Assembly (NCBI GenBank): GCA_018675975.1
Contig: JABGXB010000002.1
Span: forward strand, 380,098 to 444,097
Length of the DNA: 64,000 nt
Direction of reading: 5' to 3'
From: Candidatus Woesearchaeota archaeon
GTDB taxonomy: Archaea; Nanobdellota; Nanobdellia; Woesearchaeales; JABGXB01
The notes beneath the pieces were generated by a model. It was not told the origin of the DNA. It ran no database searches and saw nothing but the letters and a program-made list of their open reading frames with translations. Positions 1-11,540 of the stretch are shown here, piece after piece. The translations under genes and the position numbers were made by a program. Numbering within the stretch: the first letter of the stretch is position 1; every line of letters starts with the position of its first letter.

Positions 1-1
1 A

Positions 2-3000
2 AATACAAATATAGTAATTATAAATAAACAATATGATGAAGAAAAAGAAGAAATAATATGTAAAGATAATTCTTATACCACTGCAAGATATTTAAGATGT
101 TTAGATGAATTTGATAATGATTTAAATTTAAAACCACATGCAGGTGGCGATGAAAATAATTTAAAACAAGGAGAATCAATATATAAAGAAACTTGGAATC
201 TTGATGATAGTGACTATATAGATGTTAAAGATAATACCGCAATTAGTTTAAAAGAAAATAATTTTATAGATTCAAAAAATATTACATTAAGTTTTGATTT
301 TATAGGTGATGAAATTGGAGCACCACAATTAGAAATAGAAGCTTACTCATATGAATTTGAAAATCAGAATATTGATCCAATAATAATTCAAATAAAACCA
401 GAAAAATATTACCCGAATAAAAAAACAAAAATAAATCAATTTATTGAAATAGAAAATTTCACAAAATTTCACATAGAATGTACATCTCCAGAAGCAAAAG
501 AATTATGTAAAATAAAAAATATAAGAGTTTACACGGATAAAGAATTTAATAAAATTAAAAATATTTGTTCAAATAATAGATCTTTCATTTCAATTAATAA
601 CTTGAAAAATTTAGACCAAGATGAATCACTAAGTACAAGTCAAACAATATGTGAAAAAAGTTCAGACCACAATAAATATATAATTAATGGATCTAATGAA
701 CTTGGTACATATCGAACTTGTTGTATACCAGATAAAAATGATTACTTCTTAGGAAAAAATGGTGCATGTATTAGTGGAAATTATATTGATAATGAAAATT
801 ATAATAATATAAATAATGATAATGTATTTACTTCAACTGGATTTTTATTAGTATATAAAGAAATAGATGGAAGTGAAAAAACAAAATTCATTTCAAACAT
901 TTATGCAAATTCAAATTATAAAATAGAAAAAACTCCATTAAATAATATAACAAGAGTACATATAGAAAATTTAGATGAACTTTATTATAATATAAGTAAA
1001 AATGAAAATAATGAAATAATTGAATTAAAAAATTATTATCCTAATATAATTTATTCAGATAAAGTTTATACATGTGGAATAGATAACTCTCATTTTAATA
1101 GTGCTTTTAAAAGTATATATGATGAGAAATTAAAAACAAATATAAATAAATTATCATTATTTCCAGAATTAACAGAGGATGGTTCTAAATTAGACTATCC
1201 AGATAATAACTATTGTAAAAATATTGGTGAATTTTTTTGTAATATTGATGGAACATTTAAAATCGCAGATACTAGTTTATTACAATTTCATAATTTTACA
1301 AATGATAAATCTTACATATATCCAGATAATATTTCTGAATTAGTTACAACACCAACTGAAATATCAGGATTAACTAAAGATAGTGAAATTAATTTAGAAA
1401 CTGATAAACAAAATTTAGCTTGTTGTCCAGGAAATAGTTGTTATGATGGAAATGAATGTATTGAAAATCAAGCACAATTCCCTTCAGTAGATTTTGAATA
1501 TTCTAATTATATAAATTTAGAAAAAGGACAAAAATACAAAAGAGAAACAAATAAAAATGGAATGCCATATAAATTTGATTCAATTGAAAAGCCAAAAATA
1601 TGTGCAGGTAAATTTTTAGAAAAAAAATATGAAGTTGACGAAGTTGCAGATGGTTGGATAGATTATGAAGAAATTGTGGATTGGACAGGAAATTATAAAG
1701 GAAGTTGTATGCCAAAGCAATGTTTAACGCCAATATTCTTATTAGATAAACAAAGTAAGGACTATATTAAAGAATCAAGTGAAAATCAATTAATTAATTT
1801 TAGATCAACATTACAAGATAAACAATTTGTTTGTGTAGATCATGGATTTTTTACAAAAGATCATATTTGTTCATATAAAAATGAAACAGAAACAAAAGGT
1901 GTATGGAGTACTAGAACAAGTGTAATTATTAAAGAATTAGCTAAAAAAGTAAATAAAACTATTGAAGAAAGTCCAGATAAATATAATTATATGATTCATT
2001 GTGACAATACAAGTAATATTTTAATTAATAATATTGATTTAGATCATGGTTCAGTTTGTATATTAAGAATAAGTACAGAACCAATTAATGAACTAGTTGG
2101 AATAAATGATGAAAATGTTGAATTTACATGGGCAACAACTATCAATAATCCAAATAATATATCAAATTTTGAAAATTGGATAAATAAATTAGATTTAGAA
2201 CCAGGAAGTACTTGTATTGAAAAATATAAAAATATAGATGAAACTAAAACAAAATGTGGAGTATATAAAAATAATGATATTAGTTTTAATGTAATATTAG
2301 ATAATAAATATAAAACAATTTATTTTGAAGAAACTGAATTAAGTACAATTGAACAAATTGATTTATTCATATTAGATGATTTTGTTAAAACATTAATTAA
2401 TTTTTTCTCTTTTGAAGAAACAGAAATAATTGAAACATTACAAAAAGCTCCTAGTTTTTCAATAAATAAATATTTTAAATCAGAAACAAAAAATGCAGGC
2501 GAAGATAAAAAAAATATTGAAATATACTCATATGATTTAATTGAAATGGCAATTGAATCTGGAAAATATAAAAGTGATACAGGAATTAAAAGCATGAAAA
2601 TTAAAATGAATAATTTAAAATCTGCAGAATCATTAAAATATAAAATTAAAAAAAAAGTAGAAGAAAAAGGATTAATTACATCAAGTGGAATACAAAGATG
2701 GAAAAAATTTGAATCTGATCAAATTGAAGGATGTGTAAAAGATAATATAGAATATTTAGAATCTAATAAATTAATAAAATGTAAATATATATGGAAGGTT
2801 TTTGAAGAGGATTCAGATGCTTATGAACCAAGACCTACAAGCTATAGTGTAGCAATAGAAGGATCAACATATACAGATGATACAAAAGAATATATTAAAA
2901 ATAAAGAAAATACTCTTTGTGAAACAAAAGAAGAGATTTTTATTTCTGAAAAGCTCCCTCTTTGGAAAACTAAAACAAGTTTTGCATACGGAACAATGAA

Positions 3001-3631
3001 TTTTAAATGTACAAGTAAATGGGAATTCAAAAACATAGAAAAGGGAGAACTTTGCCCGTTAACTGAAGATATTTATAACAATTTAATTTGTAAAAAAGGT
3101 GAACTTAAGTGGCAAGTAATACAAAAAAGAGATTTTGAAGTTAAACCATTTGTAGAAGATGGTGTAACATATATTATGGCAAAAAGAGACAATACTATTG
3201 AATTTATTGATGTTTCAATAGATGATTTAAAAAATTCGGATCAATATTCATCAGACCTCAAACATTACATATCAAACAGTATAAAAAATTGTCAAAATAA
3301 AAATGAAATCAAAATAAAAGAATATGCTGATTCAGATAATAAAGGAAAATTAACAGATATAAAATTTGAATGTAAAGAAGAGTTATTATGGGAAGAAACA
3401 ACAACAAAGAATATAGATTTAAACAATATTGAAGGAAGTTATTGTATGTCAAATCAACTAAATATTAATTTATTTTATGATGATACGCAGTATGTATGCA
3501 CGGGTGAAGATGTCCCAGGAGAACTTGAAATTTTTGCATCAAATATAGCTACAGTACACGATTGGAACAATAAAGAAAATTTATTTTCAAACCTTTTTAA
3601 TGAAATAATCGATGGAATAAGAATAAAATGA
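2..3631 (+). CDS. Large Cys-rich, probably extracellular hypothetical protein, 5'-truncated by the window edge (>1200 aa)
   Basis: The frame of the 602..3631 ORF is open back to position 2 (NTNIVIINKQYDEEKEEIICKD...), so TTG 602 is not the true start. Many Cys pairs (CCIP, CCPGNSCYDGNEC). Its stop overlaps the next ATG (ATGA 3628-3631). Confidence 0.75.
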   Translation, partial: NTNIVIINKQYDEEKEEIICKDNSYTTARYLRCLDEFDNDLNLKPHAGGDENNLKQGESIYKETWNLDDSDYIDVKDNTAISLKENNFIDSKNITLSFDFIGDEIGAPQLEIEAYSYEFENQNIDPIIIQIKPEKYYPNKKTKINQFIEIENFTKFHIECTSPEAKELCKIKNIRVYTDKEFNKIKNICSNNRSFISINNLKNLDQDESLSTSQTICEKSSDHNKYIINGSNELGTYRTCCIPDKNDYFLGKNGACISGNYIDNENYNNINNDNVFTSTGFLLVYKEIDGSEKTKFISNIYANSNYKIEKTPLNNITRVHIENLDELYYNISKNENNEIIELKNYYPNIIYSDKVYTCGIDNSHFNSAFKSIYDEKLKTNINKLSLFPELTEDGSKLDYPDNNYCKNIGEFFCNIDGTFKIADTSLLQFHNFTNDKSYIYPDNISELVTTPTEISGLTKDSEINLETDKQNLACCPGNSCYDGNECIENQAQFPSVDFEYSNYINLEKGQKYKRETNKNGMPYKFDSIEKPKICAGKFLEKKYEVDEVADGWIDYEEIVDWTGNYKGSCMPKQCLTPIFLLDKQSKDYIKESSENQLINFRSTLQDKQFVCVDHGFFTKDHICSYKNETETKGVWSTRTSVIIKELAKKVNKTIEESPDKYNYMIHCDNTSNILINNIDLDHGSVCILRISTEPINELVGINDENVEFTWATTINNPNNISNFENWINKLDLEPGSTCIEKYKNIDETKTKCGVYKNNDISFNVILDNKYKTIYFEETELSTIEQIDLFILDDFVKTLINFFSFEETEIIETLQKAPSFSINKYFKSETKNAGEDKKNIEIYSYDLIEMAIESGKYKSDTGIKSMKIKMNNLKSAESLKYKIKKKVEEKGLITSSGIQRWKKFESDQIEGCVKDNIEYLESNKLIKCKYIWKVFEEDSDAYEPRPTSYSVAIEGSTYTDDTKEYIKNKENTLCETKEEIFISEKLPLWKTKTSFAYGTMNFKCTSKWEFKNIEKGELCPLTEDIYNNLICKKGELKWQVIQKRDFEVKPFVEDGVTYIMAKRDNTIEFIDVSIDDLKNSDQYSSDLKHYISNSIKNCQNKNEIKIKEYADSDNKGKLTDIKFECKEELLWEETTTKNIDLNNIEGSYCMSNQLNINLFYDDTQYVCTGEDVPGELEIFASNIATVHDWNNKENLFSNLFNEIIDGIRIK

Positions 3632-6600
3632 AAAAAGGTCAAGTTTCGATTTTTATAATATTGGGACTTGTACTTTTTGTCATTATTGGAATTATACTTT
3701 ATGCAGTTACAATAATAAATAAACAAACTGTTGCTGCAGAAGAAAGAATTTTAAGAGTTGAATCAGCAGAAGAACCTGTTGAAAAAATAATAAGTCAATG
3801 TTTAAGAGAAAGTGCAGATAATGCAACATATTTAATTGCAAAACAAGGTGGATATTTAAGAAAGGGTCAACCAGGATATTCTGACAAATTAGAATCAATT
3901 AATCAAAAAATAAATTTGAGAGGAATTGAAGAAGGTATTACACAATTATTGGTTTTTAATAAAAGAGATTTTAAATTAGGTTATGGAATTGAACCTGCAT
4001 ATCCTTGCCCAACGGTTTTAGATGTTACAAATAGCTGTAGTTTTCAAAAACATGATTTTTGTTTTTTTCAATCCAGTGATTCAACATTTTGTGATTTTGG
4101 ACAAAATAAATTACCTTCATTAATTAATGGAAAGAAATCAATAAGAACTCAACTTATGAATTTTACATTAAATCAAACCAAAGAATGTATTTTAAAACAA
4201 ATTAAAAGTGATGAGTTTAAATTTGGTGGAAAAACAGGAGATTTTAAATTAAATAATATTACGGATAAAGAATTAATTGATTTAAATGTAATTATAGAAA
4301 ATAGAGGAACTTTTTTTAATTTGGATTTTCCAATAAAAAGAAAAATTAAAGGAAAAGAAAATTCAATTGAAAAATTTACATATTCAACTAAACCAAGAAT
4401 TAAAAAAATATATGATATAATAAAAACTAGCCTAATTTCAGAAAATTCAAAATTAAATAATGATTTTAAAAGTAAATTAAAAGAAACCACAAAACACATT
4501 TCAAATATTGAATATGATGTTATTGAAAATATTAATAATAATAAAGATACTCTTGTAATAATTAAAGATGAATTTGCAAAATTTGATAATCAACCATTTG
4601 AATTTATTTTTATTTTAGAAAATAGACCACCGGTTTTAGATACTATACAATCAAATGAATTAAATTCATTATTAAAAAGAAATAGAAATGTAGATTTTTA
4701 TTTAACAGTAGGTGATACACTAACAATTAATCCTATTGGAAATGATCCAGATGAAGATAAATTAGAATATAAATATTCAGGTTGGAAGGCAGAATATGAT
4801 GATGAATATAATATAACTATTGGATGTACAAATCCTAGCATTTGGGTAAATAAAAAAGAACAAAACTCAAATTGTCAAGTAGGTGGAAATGTAATATTAA
4901 ACCCAGAAAAAAAACCAATTGGTGGAAATAAATGGGAAAGTTCTGATTTATTTAAATCAAATAAAAAAAGTGCAAGTATTGAATTAGGTATAAAAGATAT
5001 AGGTTGGCATGAATTTAGAGTTACAGTTAGTGATGGACTACATAAAGATTATCAAGATATCCGAGTCGTAGTTGGACCAAAACCATTTCCTGTTGTAAAA
5101 TTAAATAATTTATATAATGATGAAGAAGATTTAGTTTCAGTTGAAAGTCCTTTTTATTTTACATCTAAAGATAGTATATCTTCAGGTTTTTCAATAGATA
5201 GAAGAACATGGATATTAAATGAAAATAAATTAAATCAAAAAGAAGGACAAGTAGATTTTATGTTACCTGATTATGTAGACGGTGGAGAATTAATTAATAG
5301 TATAATATTTAAAGAAACACAAAACAGAGATCAAAAATATACTAAAACAGAATATGAAAAATTAGAAAAATATATTAAAAATATAAAAAATGAAAATAAA
5401 GAAATTCAATTTGGTGAAAATGAATTAATATTACAAATAGGACTTAAAAATAGTTTTAATGATATAGAAACATTATTTAAATTTAAAGGGGAAGCATGTA
5501 TAATAAATGATGTTTCAATTGCACCATGGCCATTTAATTTAATTGAAAAACCAGCAATTACAACCATATTTAATAATGGAAATGAAAAAGCATATTCAAA
5601 TTCTAATAGTATAATAAATCAAGAATATTTATCACCTTTTAAAACAGATTCTGCATGTTGTAATGAAGGAGCAGTTAGTAATTCATATAAACAAAATTCA
5701 GAACTTTGTTTTAATTATGAATATGAAACTACACCATTGTATTTTCCAAATGATGTTTATTTTGCAATGAAAAAAAATCAAGATGAAAATACAGTTAATA
5801 ATAAAATAAAATCAAAATTAGGACAAAATCACATTTATGATGATTTAGCTAATGATGTAGTTAAATTAAAAATAACAAATAAATGTAATGGAGAAAGAGG
5901 TAATATTTGTTCAGGTGATTTTGAATGGGATACCCGTTTTAAAAATCTGATTGGTGATACACCTACTCAAATCAGTCCAAATGATGACAATTATAATTTA
6001 GTAACTTCATGTGATGGGGATACAACACCATTTACAACATCAGACAACAAAAACATATTTAGAACAGAATCTAATGTGGATTTTATTACATATAATAACA
6101 AGCCATCACCTGTATTGGGAGAAATAAAAGGTGCAAGGTGTAGAGGCAGTATTGATCAGAATGGAGATCCAACAAATATCTGTCGGAAATATACTGGAAC
6201 TACTTTCGAACAAATTGTTTATATTCATAGAGGAGATATATTTAATGATTTAATTGATATAACTAGTAAAAACAACATTTGTTCAAAAGGAGAAGTAGTA
6301 AGTGGTTGTTACTATAAGCATAATGGTGTAACAACAAAGTTCAGAACTCCATCAACTGGTAAAACTAAAACATATGCAATAAATTCTGAATTGACATGTG
6401 AAAATGGATGGTGTAGAAAACCAGCAGACATTAAAACATGTACATCAGGAACTGTTTGTACATATAAACCAGATGGAAATTTAAATTCCAAAAGAAGAAT
6501 ATATACAGGATATTGTAATGATGGCAATGATTTTAGTTCGCAAAAACCATGTGAATTTTCAACAGATAATAAAATAAAAAACGTGGATACTAGTGATTCA

Positions 6601-7920
6601 AATAATCCAATAAAAACAAATAGTATTATTAAATGGAAATATAAAAATAAAGAGGGATATAATCAAGAATATAAATATTTACAACATTGTGAACCAACTA
6701 TAAATACAAATGGAAAAACACAAAATAATGGTTTATATGAAGGAGAAAATATAAAAAAATTATGTGATTATCCTTCAAAGCCATTATTTAATCATGATAC
6801 AGGACAATGTTGGAATCCTTGTGATAATATAGAAAATTTAAATAGTTTTCAATCATATTTTGAACAAATTGATCAAAATAATCAAATAAATTTTTCAACA
6901 AATACAATGTTAGGATCAAAACAAATCCCCTCAGACATAAGTTCAAGTTTTAAAACAGATTTAATTAATAATTGTTTTTATACACAGTTGACACCACAAG
7001 GCGGAAGATGTATTTATAGAATAACAAATGGAAATAATTGTGATACAACAAGTGATATTTTAGCAGTTGAAGGAGATAATGGTGATTATAAAACAATTAA
7101 TACAGGGATTTGTAAAATTACAATAGATGGTCAATTTAATTGTTTTGCAGATTTAAAACAATATAATTATAAAGAAAATAATGACATTTGTCAATTTAAT
7201 GATGAATGTAAAAGTGGGTTTTGTAAAAGTAAATTAGATAGTCAAAATTCAATTTGCACACCAAAATCACATATAAATTATTTTGACAATACATGCACAG
7301 GAGTTAATAGAATATTAAGTTTAGCAGATTTTGAAACATTCAAAACAAAAATACCTAATCCAAACAAAGTTAATGAAAATGATCCTGATGAAATTCAGAG
7401 TGAGTTTGGTAAAAATGAAGGACATTATAGAATTCCTTATATTTTAAGTAAAAATTATTGTTTTTATACAAAGAAAAAAATAAATTCAGTTATGACTAAT
7501 AAATTAAGTGTAGAAAATAACATAATAAATTGGGATAATAAACAAGAAAGAGATGTTTATAATCCTAAACAAAAAAGTTGTATAAGTAATGAAACATTAT
7601 TTTTAAAAGATAAATGGGATGATGGAACGGGCAATATTGATTTTGAACTATTGTCAGAAAGAATTACAGACTATTGTAAAAATGTATGTTCTTGGACAAG
7701 TGAATATGTAATTAATAGATATGTTTGGAATAATGGAAATGATAATGATAAATTTAATTCAGTTTGTGGAATTATTTTAAATTCACCAACAATAGATCAG
7801 GCAGCAATAAATATAGAAGACAATTATGAAGATAATATAATATTAAGTGGGTTAATTGACAGTACTGATACCAAAACATTTTTTAGAATTAAACGAAAAG
7901 ATGAAGTAGTAATTAATTAA
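3628..7920 (+). CDS. 1430-aa surface protein with class III (archaeal prepilin-like) signal peptide, PKD/Ig-like module and Cys-rich C-terminal half
   Basis: N-terminus MKKG|QVSIFIILGLVLFVIIGIILY (basic-G|Q-hydrophobic). Ig/PKD-like segment NRPPVLD...DPDEDKLEYKY...GWHEFRVTVSDG. Numerous Cys downstream. Confidence 0.7.
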   Translation: MKKGQVSIFIILGLVLFVIIGIILYAVTIINKQTVAAEERILRVESAEEPVEKIISQCLRESADNATYLIAKQGGYLRKGQPGYSDKLESINQKINLRGIEEGITQLLVFNKRDFKLGYGIEPAYPCPTVLDVTNSCSFQKHDFCFFQSSDSTFCDFGQNKLPSLINGKKSIRTQLMNFTLNQTKECILKQIKSDEFKFGGKTGDFKLNNITDKELIDLNVIIENRGTFFNLDFPIKRKIKGKENSIEKFTYSTKPRIKKIYDIIKTSLISENSKLNNDFKSKLKETTKHISNIEYDVIENINNNKDTLVIIKDEFAKFDNQPFEFIFILENRPPVLDTIQSNELNSLLKRNRNVDFYLTVGDTLTINPIGNDPDEDKLEYKYSGWKAEYDDEYNITIGCTNPSIWVNKKEQNSNCQVGGNVILNPEKKPIGGNKWESSDLFKSNKKSASIELGIKDIGWHEFRVTVSDGLHKDYQDIRVVVGPKPFPVVKLNNLYNDEEDLVSVESPFYFTSKDSISSGFSIDRRTWILNENKLNQKEGQVDFMLPDYVDGGELINSIIFKETQNRDQKYTKTEYEKLEKYIKNIKNENKEIQFGENELILQIGLKNSFNDIETLFKFKGEACIINDVSIAPWPFNLIEKPAITTIFNNGNEKAYSNSNSIINQEYLSPFKTDSACCNEGAVSNSYKQNSELCFNYEYETTPLYFPNDVYFAMKKNQDENTVNNKIKSKLGQNHIYDDLANDVVKLKITNKCNGERGNICSGDFEWDTRFKNLIGDTPTQISPNDDNYNLVTSCDGDTTPFTTSDNKNIFRTESNVDFITYNNKPSPVLGEIKGARCRGSIDQNGDPTNICRKYTGTTFEQIVYIHRGDIFNDLIDITSKNNICSKGEVVSGCYYKHNGVTTKFRTPSTGKTKTYAINSELTCENGWCRKPADIKTCTSGTVCTYKPDGNLNSKRRIYTGYCNDGNDFSSQKPCEFSTDNKIKNVDTSDSNNPIKTNSIIKWKYKNKEGYNQEYKYLQHCEPTINTNGKTQNNGLYEGENIKKLCDYPSKPLFNHDTGQCWNPCDNIENLNSFQSYFEQIDQNNQINFSTNTMLGSKQIPSDISSSFKTDLINNCFYTQLTPQGGRCIYRITNGNNCDTTSDILAVEGDNGDYKTINTGICKITIDGQFNCFADLKQYNYKENNDICQFNDECKSGFCKSKLDSQNSICTPKSHINYFDNTCTGVNRILSLADFETFKTKIPNPNKVNENDPDEIQSEFGKNEGHYRIPYILSKNYCFYTKKKINSVMTNKLSVENNIINWDNKQERDVYNPKQKSCISNETLFLKDKWDDGTGNIDFELLSERITDYCKNVCSWTSEYVINRYVWNNGNDNDKFNSVCGIILNSPTIDQAAINIEDNYEDNIILSGLIDSTDTKTFFRIKRKDEVVIN

Positions 7921-10900
7921 ACCAACCAGATAAACCTTTTTGAATTTCTTTTTCACGTCCAAAAACACTATCCATTGCACGACGTAATAATTCAATATTT
8001 TCTTTTTGATATGATGAACAAGCATATGTATTCATGATGTTAATACTTGCACCTAAATATTTTATAACACTACCTTCAGCAATTGTAAAAATAATTTTTC
8101 CTTCTGGACAATTAGAACATTTATTATCTAAAGGTGGACGGCGAAATATGTGATTACATTTTACACATCTAAATTGTTGTTGTGAAAAACCTCTTAAATT
8201 ACCTTTTAGATCTTTTACAAAATGTTTTTCTACAACTAATTCTGCAACATCTTCTGTTTTTACAGCTCTTATTTTTTTTGCTAAGTCTAATTGCCCTTCT
8301 AATTTATCAATCATTGAAGGCAAGTATTTGTAAGCAGAACAAGGTACACAATCATTTAAATCTATAGTATCATGAGTAAAACCAGATTTTTCAAATTGTT
8401 TTTCAGCACCTAAATGATCTTTAATTGTTTCAATTTTAATATCCCAAGGCATTTTAAAATCAAGACCTGCTAAATATAATTCACGTGGATAATTCCAAGA
8501 AATGTCCATATCAAAAACCATATCGTCAACTTCTGCAGGATTTAATATGGATGTTAATACAAAAGGAGCATCCATGGTAGAACCACGATGTGCAGGTAAA
8601 TATGTTTTTGAAAAATTTAAAAAAGCATCCATTAATAGAAAAAATGCAGCTTCGTCTCCGTCGCAATCACGACGAGTGGCACAATGTACATAAGGATGTG
8701 CAAATAAACCTTGTGTTTCTGTGAAACCAATTATTCTTGTTAAAATACCAGCAGAAACGTGAGGTGCTAATACTATTGTATGTTTACCAACTAAATCTAA
8801 AGGAGTTTTACAATTATAGTATGGCTCCATACCATATAAATTAACTAAAAGTTCATCAATAAATTTTGAAGTACGAAATAAAATAGAATCAGCACCTTCA
8901 AATGAACTATCTTTATAACAAGGAATTAAAATATCTTGAGGATATATTTCTAAGACTTGATCATCATTATTTAATTCATTTCCATATATGTCTTTATCAT
9001 AACCAATTTCTTTTAATTTTTTCCAAGGAACTTTTATTTCTTTGGGACGAAAATGCGTTATTGGAACTTCACTAGCATCATATCGTATAGTACCATCTTT
9101 ATTTACATAAATATTATGTTTAGCACGAAGCACTGCTTTTTCTAAACGCTCTACATATTTACTTTTATTTTTTAAATCTTCTTGACCTTTAATTAAATCT
9201 GCAAATTGATTAGTATTTAAATTTTTTAAGGCAGATTTAAAATATTCACGAAAATTAATTTTTGTTTTTTTATATGGAACTTTAATTGCTTCGATTTCTT
9301 CTTCAGTTTTATTTTGAAAATGCTCACAACCAGATTCAGAACCACAAAAACGACATAAATCTTTAACTTCAGTCTTATTACCACATTTATGACAAGAAGA
9401 ATATAAAACTTGTTCATTGCAAGTTGTACAAAAAAAATATTTAACTGGATAATTTACAAAACCAACATCTAAGGCAGAAGCAAAGGTTTTCATTCTCCCA
9501 CCTTCTTTACCAACAGGAAAAAGTCCATGAGGTGAACCAGGTATTTTACGCATTTTTGCTTTTTCAGGACGGCCCATACGAGCTCCAACAAATACACCAC
9601 TTTTATCTCTTAATTTCACATTAGAAATTTTAGTTATTGCATTTAATATATTAAAAGAATAAATATCATCAGTTTCTTTTTTTTCTTTTTGTGTTGAATT
9701 AAATACATTAATTATTTCATCTATCTTTTTTTTATTAAAATTATTATATAGACCAAAAGATACCAATAATGCATTTGTTTTTTCAATATTTAAAACAACA
9801 AATTCATTTTGTACTACAGTATGTTCAATACCAATAAGTTCTAAATATCGTTTTTCGGTCTCTATTTCATTCCAGTTTTTTTGTAAAGGTAATACTAATT
9901 TACCTTCACCATTAATTTGACCATCTTTTAACCAAATTAAAAATTCAATTGTTTTTTCAAAAGTATTAGAATTAAAATGATAAGTATGTTTAGGATGTAA
10001 ATAAGAATTGTAAGTTTTTGCTAAAATAAATGATTCATTAAAATTTGGAAATGTTGTCATAAAATTTTCAAATAAATCTTTTAATCGATTAATTTCAAGC
10101 TTAGTTTGTTTTGAAATTTTATCAAAATCTATTTTTTTATTTATTGATTCAATATCGTGTTTTAAATCTTGTATCCACCATTCTTCACAATAACCTAAAG
10201 GAATTAAACTATGTGCCCTGTTTAAAAAATCACCATAACAACATAAAATATCACCAAGATAAATAATTTCTTCTATTGAATCATATAATTTATTTCCTTG
10301 TTCTAAAGAAGTTACATAAACGACATCTCCATTTTTTAATTTTATAACTGGGCCTTCTATTGTATCAACTGAACAAAAACTTGCAGCTTTACCGGGACGT
10401 TCCATTTTTAATTGAGTTCCACACGCAATAAAACTATTTAATACACCCATGGTAGCCGGACTCATACCTTGAGCTGAAAGTCCTGTAACCCTACTTCGAC
10501 CTAATCTCATTCTAAATGAACCATTAGAAAGAGGATAACCATAAACAGGTCTTCCTGCAACAATGTCTGCTACAAAAGTATAATCAGGAGTTATTCTTGG
10601 TTTTGGACCTTCATTTTTAGTAGAAGTATTTTTTGCTTTTGCTTTTTTTTTAATTGAAATATATTCTTTTAAAAAAGACCAATGTCCCATGCCAAGCTCA
10701 TCACCCCATTTATCCAACTGCTTCCATAATTTTTCTGCTTTTAGAGGAATACAACTAGACATTATTAAACAATAACCACCTCTTAAAAAATTAGTTGCAA
10801 TCCTTGGAAGATCTTTATAGTTACTAACTTCAATTCTATCAGTTGGATCACCATCAATTTCAACAGGTAAATGAGAAATTAAAAAATCTGTTTCAATACG

Positions 10901-11533
10901 AGATGGAAAATATTGTAAATTTGCAACTCTTTCATGATAATCAGAATTTTCACTAAATAATCTTGCAATTTCTTTTTCATCAGGATCATAAGTTTCATAA
11001 TTCATATTTTTTCTAACATAATCTGCAATAATTACACATGTTGATGCACCAGTACCTCCTGCATTTCTAATTGGACCTGAAAAATTTAATGCAAAATATT
11101 TACCTTTTCCATCCCTTCTATCTTTTAAAATTAATTTTGTAAAACCTTCAATAGGGCTACTAACAACACCATCAGTATTATATGCAAAGCCAGTTCTGAT
11201 TCCAACTTCCATTGCATTAAGTTCATCGTCAAATTTACAATATTTTTGTTTAGCAATTTCTAATGCAATTATTAATGAAACTCTCCAATCATTAGAACCA
11301 TATTTTTTTTCTAATTCAATAATACGTTCAACCACACCACACCCAACAATCTGAGGTGCAACAATACTAATTAAACCAACTACCCGTTCGGCTTTATTTT
11401 TTGCTAATTTAACTTCAACAAAATTTTCATTATCAAAATTTTTTAAACGAGCTTCACTAGCAATTTCAAATGCATTATTAGTTTCATTAAATAAACCATC
11501 GAAATACTCTTCCATTTTTTGTGAACATACCAC
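7913..11533 (-). CDS. polC: DNA polymerase D large subunit (DP2)
   Basis: MEEYF N-terminus, GPIRNAGGTG, GARMGRPEKAK, KDGTIRYD, catalytic RRDCDGDE, zinc fingers, C-terminal PIP-like QKGLSGWF. Start probably GTG 11533 (or ATG 11515), just after the DP1 stop; the ORF track extends to 11575. Confidence 0.97.
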   Translation of the reverse strand: MVCSQKMEEYFDGLFNETNNAFEIASEARLKNFDNENFVEVKLAKNKAERVVGLISIVAPQIVGCGVVERIIELEKKYGSNDWRVSLIIALEIAKQKYCKFDDELNAMEVGIRTGFAYNTDGVVSSPIEGFTKLILKDRRDGKGKYFALNFSGPIRNAGGTGASTCVIIADYVRKNMNYETYDPDEKEIARLFSENSDYHERVANLQYFPSRIETDFLISHLPVEIDGDPTDRIEVSNYKDLPRIATNFLRGGYCLIMSSCIPLKAEKLWKQLDKWGDELGMGHWSFLKEYISIKKKAKAKNTSTKNEGPKPRITPDYTFVADIVAGRPVYGYPLSNGSFRMRLGRSRVTGLSAQGMSPATMGVLNSFIACGTQLKMERPGKAASFCSVDTIEGPVIKLKNGDVVYVTSLEQGNKLYDSIEEIIYLGDILCCYGDFLNRAHSLIPLGYCEEWWIQDLKHDIESINKKIDFDKISKQTKLEINRLKDLFENFMTTFPNFNESFILAKTYNSYLHPKHTYHFNSNTFEKTIEFLIWLKDGQINGEGKLVLPLQKNWNEIETEKRYLELIGIEHTVVQNEFVVLNIEKTNALLVSFGLYNNFNKKKIDEIINVFNSTQKEKKETDDIYSFNILNAITKISNVKLRDKSGVFVGARMGRPEKAKMRKIPGSPHGLFPVGKEGGRMKTFASALDVGFVNYPVKYFFCTTCNEQVLYSSCHKCGNKTEVKDLCRFCGSESGCEHFQNKTEEEIEAIKVPYKKTKINFREYFKSALKNLNTNQFADLIKGQEDLKNKSKYVERLEKAVLRAKHNIYVNKDGTIRYDASEVPITHFRPKEIKVPWKKLKEIGYDKDIYGNELNNDDQVLEIYPQDILIPCYKDSSFEGADSILFRTSKFIDELLVNLYGMEPYYNCKTPLDLVGKHTIVLAPHVSAGILTRIIGFTETQGLFAHPYVHCATRRDCDGDEAAFFLLMDAFLNFSKTYLPAHRGSTMDAPFVLTSILNPAEVDDMVFDMDISWNYPRELYLAGLDFKMPWDIKIETIKDHLGAEKQFEKSGFTHDTIDLNDCVPCSAYKYLPSMIDKLEGQLDLAKKIRAVKTEDVAELVVEKHFVKDLKGNLRGFSQQQFRCVKCNHIFRRPPLDNKCSNCPEGKIIFTIAEGSVIKYLGASINIMNTYACSSYQKENIELLRRAMDSVFGREKEIQKGLSGWFN

Positions 11534-11540
11534 ACCGTGT

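Noticed and set aside
602..604. TTG start given by the ORF track for the first gene
   Set aside because: The frame is open from position 2, so the gene begins before the window.
1503..9417. Short ORFs (61-108 aa) antisense or out-of-frame within the large genes and polC
   Set aside because: They are fully nested in well-supported long CDSs and show no motifs; treated as shadow ORFs. The same applies to nested ORFs at 19874, 22092, 27163, 27888, 30859, 32236, 36742, 41344, 47004, 53340, 55704, 58818 and 62622.
7913..11533. Possible intein in DP2
   Set aside because: Length is ordinary, conserved motifs run on without a large insertion, and no intein splice or LAGLIDADG motifs were seen.
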